The notes below the pieces were generated by a model that did not search any database, was not told the origin of the DNA, and was given only the letters and a program-made list of their open reading frames with translations. DNA of 64,000 nt from an uncultured delta proteobacterium (GTDB taxonomy: Bacteria; Desulfobacterota; RBG-13-43-22). A program made the translations under genes and the position numbers. The DNA is taken from assembly GCA_963843145.1 (NCBI GenBank), contig CAWJJC010000015.1, forward strand, positions 18,082-82,081, read 5' to 3'. Shown piece by piece: positions 59,343 to 64,000 of this stretch; position 1 is the first letter of the stretch, and each line of letters opens with the position of its first letter.

Positions 59343-59840
59343 CTACTCAATTTTTTTATATCCCGGCTCCTCGATCCCACAGATAGGGCAGGTTGAGGGC
59401 GGGGTCTTCTCCGCGGTATGGCCGCATACCGGGCAGACATAATAGAAGTAGATTTCTTCGGAGCTACCGAGGGCGTCGGCTACCTTTTGAAAAAGCTCGG
59501 CATGGATCCTTTCCGATTCCAAGGCATAGCGAAAGAAATCTTCCGCCTCCTTATTCCCTTCCGCCTTGGCGGTCTCCACCATCTCGGGATAGACGGTCTT
59601 GAAGGACCGGCTTTCCACGGCGATGGCCTCCTGCAGGTTTTCCCGGGTTTCGCGGACCCCGTGGACGGCCTGCAGATAGTTGAGCGCGTGGACCGTTTCC
59701 GCCGCCGCTGCCGCGCGAAACAATCGCGCCACCTGCAGCCGGCCTTCTCGTTCGGCCCGGAGAGCAAAGGCCAGGTATCGGCGGTTGGTCTGGGATTCTC
59801 CAGCGAAGGCCGCTTTCAAAAACTCCTCTGTTTTGGACAT
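59343..59840 (-). CDS. rbr: Rubrerythrin
   Basis: AFAGES, ETVHA, ERIH, CPVCG..CPIC. Confidence 0.9.
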   Translation of the reverse strand: MSKTEEFLKAAFAGESQTNRRYLAFALRAEREGRLQVARLFRAAAAAETVHALNYLQAVHGVRETRENLQEAIAVESRSFKTVYPEMVETAKAEGNKEAEDFFRYALESERIHAELFQKVADALGSSEEIYFYYVCPVCGHTAEKTPPSTCPICGIEEPGYKKIE

Positions 59841-59899
59841 GGGTCTTCTCCTTATCTAAATTTTTTTGCCCCCTTGGGTATAGCTAACGGCAAAAAAAT

Positions 59900-60664
59900 T
59901 TAGCAGGCCGTAAAGCCGCCGTCGATCATCAGCACCGCGCCGTTGACGAAGCTGGAGGAATCCGAGGACAAATAGATGGCCGCCCCCACCGTTTCCTCCG
60001 GCTGGCCCATCCGGTGCAGCGGGATGCGGTTGGTGCTCCACTCCACAAAGGACGGGTCGGCCAGGACCGGGTTGTTCATGGGCGTGCGGACAAAGGCCGG
60101 CCCGATTCCGTTGACCTGTATGCCGTAAGGCCCCCATTCCGTGGCCAGGCAGCGGGTGACCAGTAGCAGGCCCCCCTTGCTGACGCAGTAGGCCCCGATG
60201 CCGTGCTCGGCCACGAAGCTGCAATTAGAGAGGATATTGATAATTTTCCCTTTTTTCCGTTTGATCATCTCTTTCCCCACGGCCAGGGCCATAAAGAAGT
60301 TCCCTTTCAGGTTGATGTCGATGGTCGTATCCCAGAGCTCTTCCGTGGTATCTTCAATGGGACCCTTAAAGAGCACCGCGGCGTTGTTGATCAGGACGTC
60401 GATTTTTCCGAAGGTCTTGACGGTCTCCGCTACCGCGTAATTCTGAAAACTCAAGTTGGAAATATCCCCCGGGAGCACCAGGGCCTGGACGCCCTGGGCC
60501 AGGACTTCCTGTTCCGCTTCCTTCAAGGGGTCCGGCCGCCGGCCGATGAGTATCAGGTCCGCCCCCGCCTGGGCCAGGCCGACGGCCATAGCCTGACCGA
60601 TCCCGGTACCGGCTCCGGTAACGATAATGCTTTTTCCGCTCAGATCGAAACCCGTGTATTTCAT
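59900..60664 (-). CDS. SDR oxidoreductase (gluconate 5-dehydrogenase/KduD-like)
   Basis: TGAGTGIG, NNA, YCVSK, DGG. Confidence 0.9.
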   Translation of the reverse strand: MKYTGFDLSGKSIIVTGAGTGIGQAMAVGLAQAGADLILIGRRPDPLKEAEQEVLAQGVQALVLPGDISNLSFQNYAVAETVKTFGKIDVLINNAAVLFKGPIEDTTEELWDTTIDINLKGNFFMALAVGKEMIKRKKGKIINILSNCSFVAEHGIGAYCVSKGGLLLVTRCLATEWGPYGIQVNGIGPAFVRTPMNNPVLADPSFVEWSTNRIPLHRMGQPEETVGAAIYLSSDSSSFVNGAVLMIDGGFTAC

Positions 60665-60767
60665 TTTTCCCTCCTTAGACGAAAAAATTGTGCTTAACGC
60701 TTGACACCCAAAGGTCGAAATTCAATAATTGACGGACTAATAAATCTCAGTAAAAGGAGCGACCTTT

Positions 60768-61532
60768 ATGGACTTCCCCGAATTCTCCCTCACCGACAAG
60801 GTAGCCTTAGTCACCGGAGCGAGCCGCGGCATCGGTCGTTATCTGGCCGCGGGGTTGGCCCGCTATGGGGCCGACCTGATCATCACCGGCCGCACGGTCA
60901 GCCAACTGGAAGAGGCGGCCCAGGAAATTCGTCAGCAGGGCCGCCGTTGCCTGGTAGTCCCCATGGACATTACCCAAAAAGCCGATATTGAAAAAGGAGT
61001 GGAACAGGCCTTTCGGCATTTCGGTCGTATTGATATCCTGGTCAACAACGCCGGCATCAACATCCCCAAACCGGCGCTGGAAGTTACCGAAGAGGACTGG
61101 CGCCGGGTCCTGGACTCCAACCTGACCGGTCTTTTTTTCTGCTGCCAGGCGGTCGGTCGGATCATGGTTAAGCAGAAGAGCGGAAAAATCATCAACATCA
61201 GCTCCCAGACCGGGACGGTGGCCATTCAGTGGCGGGCGGCCTATTGCTCCAGCAAAGCCGGGGTGAACCTCCTGACCAAGGAGCTGGCTCTGGAATGGGG
61301 ACCCTATAATATCAACGTCAATGCCGTGGCCCCGACCTTTATCGAAACGCCCATGACCAGGCCCATGCTGGAAAATCAGGCCTTCCGGGAGATGGTCCTC
61401 AGCAAAATTCTGTTAGGCCGTGTCGGTCAACCGAAAGACGTTTTGGGGGCCGTTATCTATCTGGCCTCCGAGGCCTCCGACCTGGTCACCGGCCATGTGC
61501 TCCTGGTGGACGGCGGCTGGACGGCACATTAG
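60768..61532 (+). CDS. SDR oxidoreductase (gluconate 5-dehydrogenase/KduD-like)
   Basis: TGASRGIG, NNAG, YCSSK, VDGGW. Confidence 0.9.
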   Translation: MDFPEFSLTDKVALVTGASRGIGRYLAAGLARYGADLIITGRTVSQLEEAAQEIRQQGRRCLVVPMDITQKADIEKGVEQAFRHFGRIDILVNNAGINIPKPALEVTEEDWRRVLDSNLTGLFFCCQAVGRIMVKQKSGKIINISSQTGTVAIQWRAAYCSSKAGVNLLTKELALEWGPYNINVNAVAPTFIETPMTRPMLENQAFREMVLSKILLGRVGQPKDVLGAVIYLASEASDLVTGHVLLVDGGWTAH

Positions 61533-61537
61533 AAAAA

Positions 61538-61676
61538 CAAATTCGAAATTCGAAGCACGAAATTCGAAACAAGCACGAAGGTTCAAAATACAAATGATCC
61601 AAACAAAAACGTTGTTGAATTATTGAAATTGGGTCATTCGAATTTGTTTCGGATTTCGATTTCGTGTCGAATTTAG
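61538..61676. repeat. AAATTCG heptamer-based inverted repeat element between convergent genes
   Basis: aaattcgaaattcgaagcacgaaattcgaaac ... gtttcggatttcgatttcg. Confidence 0.6.
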
Positions 61677-61728
61677 CCCTTTTTTAGGTTACTCAAGTGG
61701 AACGTTTTCCCGTCTAACCACCACCAGA

Positions 61729-62400
61729 TCACTCCTCCCTGGTCACCTTGAGCGCAAAATTATAGATATCCCGCTGGAGGCAGAGAATGGGATCTTCCGC
61801 CGGGAAATGGGCTTTTTCCCGGCGCAGAAACTTCTGGGTAGTTTCCTGGAAAATGATTTCCCGCAAGGCTTGATTATGGTCGTAGGCCGTCCCGTCCAGG
61901 AGATGGGCCAGGTACCGGGCGCAGCACTCGTCTTCGGGGGCCTTTTCCTTCAACTGGACCCCCATGGCGATAATGGAAACCGTCTCGGGCTCCCGGGCTT
62001 GAAGATACGCGGCGGTGGCCCGGGCTATCATGAAACTTCCCAAGAGTACCTCATCGGCCGTCTCCAGGGCCGCCAGAGCCCCCTGGACCCCGGCCGAGGT
62101 CCGCTGTACGACGGCCTTCCCGGCGAAGAATTCCGATCCCCGGCGCAGGATCTGGCTGGGAGAATTTCCCAGGTCGAATCCCTCGACCGGCACGCCCCCC
62201 ACCTCTCCGATCAAAACCAGCTCCTTATCGCCGGACTTCAAGGCCAGGGCTTCCTCCGGAGTGGCTACCAGCAGCGAGTGACGCACTCCCAGGGACAGGA
62301 GCAACGGGGTGCAGGAAAAAGCCCGGAAGACGTCCACCACTACGGCGATGCCCCGGGCCGACCGGGCCCCCTCCAGCAGGCTGGAACGGATTACTCTCAC
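61729..62400 (-). CDS. 2-phosphosulfolactate phosphatase family protein (ComB-like)
   Basis: VVDVFRAFS, GEVGG, FDLGNSP, ED..CA. Confidence 0.85.
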   Translation of the reverse strand: MRVIRSSLLEGARSARGIAVVVDVFRAFSCTPLLLSLGVRHSLLVATPEEALALKSGDKELVLIGEVGGVPVEGFDLGNSPSQILRRGSEFFAGKAVVQRTSAGVQGALAALETADEVLLGSFMIARATAAYLQAREPETVSIIAMGVQLKEKAPEDECCARYLAHLLDGTAYDHNQALREIIFQETTQKFLRREKAHFPAEDPILCLQRDIYNFALKVTREE

Positions 62401-62411
62401 GGGATTCCCTT

Positions 62412-63179
62412 TCAGTTATCGGTCCCGGCCGGATAGACCGCGTGGTCCATGGTGCGCATATCGTGACCGGGAAGAATGACCTTTCCCCGCCGCACGATCT
62501 CTTCCATACTGCGCCAGGAATCCACAATGTTGGAAAAACGGCCCATGACGGTAAAGGGCTGGTATTCATTGGCCGGGACGAGGTTGGCGTAGGAAAAAAC
62601 GGCATCCCCGGTGATGACATGGACGCCGCCTTCGGTGACCACGGCCACCGACTGATGTCCCGGAGAGTGTCCGGGAGTGGGGAAAATGGTAATTCCCGGT
62701 AAAATTTCCGCCTCAGCGGTTAACGTTTCGAAGGAAATTGCCGCGTAAGGGGGGGTCCGGCCGAGCCGGGGATGTTCATAGGATTTGTAATAAGGCGGGA
62801 TGGGATCCCGGGCAAAGTCCAGCTCCCGGGAATGGACCAGAAAACGGGCCCTGGAAAATTTATCCAGATTATGGCAGTGATCCCAGTGGAGATGGGTCAG
62901 GATGACCAGTTCGATTTCAGCGGGATCCACGCCCAGGGCCTGGAGTTGCTCGTGGACGGCTTCCCCGGGCTCCTGCCGTGAGCCTTTGTGGTGCCAGTCG
63001 GCCAGCTCGGTGTGGCACATGCCCGCGTCCACCATGATCTTGCGCCGGCCGTCGGTCACATACCAGGCGGTCCCCGGTATCTCCATCTCTCGGCCCAGAC
63101 CGATGCCCCGAGTGACATAGGCCCCCTGATCGACGATGATGGTTCCGGTCTTCAAGGGATAAATCCGGTAATGGTCCAT
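62412..63179 (-). CDS. Metallo-beta-lactamase fold hydrolase (AHL-lactonase family)
   Basis: THLHWDH, TPGHSPGHQ, GDA, PGHD. Confidence 0.9.
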   Translation of the reverse strand: MDHYRIYPLKTGTIIVDQGAYVTRGIGLGREMEIPGTAWYVTDGRRKIMVDAGMCHTELADWHHKGSRQEPGEAVHEQLQALGVDPAEIELVILTHLHWDHCHNLDKFSRARFLVHSRELDFARDPIPPYYKSYEHPRLGRTPPYAAISFETLTAEAEILPGITIFPTPGHSPGHQSVAVVTEGGVHVITGDAVFSYANLVPANEYQPFTVMGRFSNIVDSWRSMEEIVRRGKVILPGHDMRTMDHAVYPAGTDN

Positions 63180-63242
63180 TGACTTGCCTCCCTACTATGA
63201 AAATGGAATTGATCACCGCTTTTTAGGCGTTTGGTTTTTGCC

Positions 63243-63270
63243 GTCATCCCGGACTTGATCCGGGATCCAG
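63243..63270. repeat. REP-like palindrome
   Basis: gtcatcccggacttgatccgggatccag, related to 2524-2552. Confidence 0.6.
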
Positions 63271-63315
63271 CGCATTTGAACTTAAGGAAGCCCGGTTCCA
63301 GCATCCAGGCGATCA

Positions 63316-63453
63316 GTTTTTCGTAGGGGCGGCGACCCCGCCGCCTAAAACGGGGCTGGATTTGGCCACCGTCTCCGTTGCCTTACCCTGGATGTGCAGG
63401 GAACCTTATCCCTCACCCTGGCGGCCGGCGGGGTCGCCGGCCCTACGAAAAAC
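63316..63453. repeat. GTAG-type REP pair in inverted orientation (REPIN-like)
   Basis: gtttttcgtaggggcggcgaccccgccgcc ... ggcggccggcggggtcgccggccctacgaaaaac. Confidence 0.7.
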
Positions 63454-63653
63454 GAAAAGTTGGAATATTTTCAGGCTTAGGGATGTTCGCCCCGGTCTTG
63501 TGGGTTTATTAAGCTAGCCAACGATCAATCGCTTGGCGAACGGCCCTTTGATCGCCGTCTCCATTTTCCAATTTACCACCCTCCCCAGGATAAGGAAATG
63601 AAAAAAGCGGGAAGCCCCTGTCCCGGGCCCCCCGCTTCTGAATTCCAACTTTT

Positions 63654-64000
63654 TTAGTCCACTACCACGATTTCATCCACGGGCCATTGGCTGAGTATTT
63701 CCACTCCGCCCTCGACCACATGGATCATCTCTTCGATCCGGACCCCGCCGATTCCGGGAACGCCGTGCTGGGTTTCGATGGCAAACGTCATGCCCTTTTC
63801 AATCGGCATGGGGTGATCCAGCGAACAGCCCCGCCAGACCAGGGGATATTCATAAAGGGATAAGCCGATGCCGTGAGCCCAGTTGCTGCCGGCCGTCTGG
63901 TCTTCATAAGCCACCAGGATATCGCTCCAGTCCTTTTCGCAGGGAGGCCATTGTTCGGCAATATCTTTGGTGGTAATGCCGGGCTTGATCACGCTGATCG
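63654..64000 (-). CDS. M24 Xaa-Pro peptidase family protein (3' part)
   Basis: AHGIGL..EYP, FAIE, GVRIEE. Confidence 0.85.
   Translation of the reverse strand, partial: ISVIKPGITTKDIAEQWPPCEKDWSDILVAYEDQTAGSNWAHGIGLSLYEYPLVWRGCSLDHPMPIEKGMTFAIETQHGVPGIGGVRIEEMIHVVEGGVEILSQWPVDEIVVVD

Noticed and set aside
139-63216. Many long antisense/overlapping ORFs in the six-frame track (e.g. 139-1353, 9102-10127, 23177-24028)
   Set aside because: Shadows of GC-rich real genes with no recognisable motifs.

Overview
GC-rich bacterial window; gene content suggests an anaerobic Desulfobacterota/'deltaproteobacterial' genome (inference). (1) 1-14.6 kb is a catabolic cluster bracketed by two non-canonical HisD/HpsN-like dehydrogenases. 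It contains a creatininase-family amidohydrolase, a Tm-1/UPF0261 protein, CoxD/CoxE-like chaperones, a xanthine-dehydrogenase-family Mo enzyme (M, S, L subunits), a cupin and a GarR-like reductase. (2) 14.6-42.1 kb is an accessory island of unrelated secreted repeat proteins (FG-GAP, LamG/parallel beta-helix, beta-propeller, RCC1, Ig-like). About ten of them, remnants included, end in the same short [YFW]-L-P-[LI]-[ILVM]-x-[RK] tail, a candidate C-terminal sorting signal. The island also carries sensor kinases, a diguanylate cyclase and an internal tandem duplication with reciprocal deletions. (3) 42.4-47.0 kb is a palindromic IS110 - Y1(RAYT-like) transposase - IS110 composite. The IS110 downstream non-coding ends contain segments matching the Y1 element's terminal repeat in bridge-RNA-like geometry. 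The composite separates diverged duplicate 3' ends of the flanking hisD-like and OYE genes, so two alternative cargo cassettes of one locus appear side by side. (4) 47-64 kb holds a TPR histidine kinase, an OYE, attC-like repeats with TA/defence-type genes, an E1alpha/beta pair, TA pairs, rubrerythrin, two SDRs, a ComB-like phosphatase, an MBL hydrolase and an M24 peptidase end. No rRNA, tRNA or CRISPR array was recognised. Several frameshifts may be sequencing errors.
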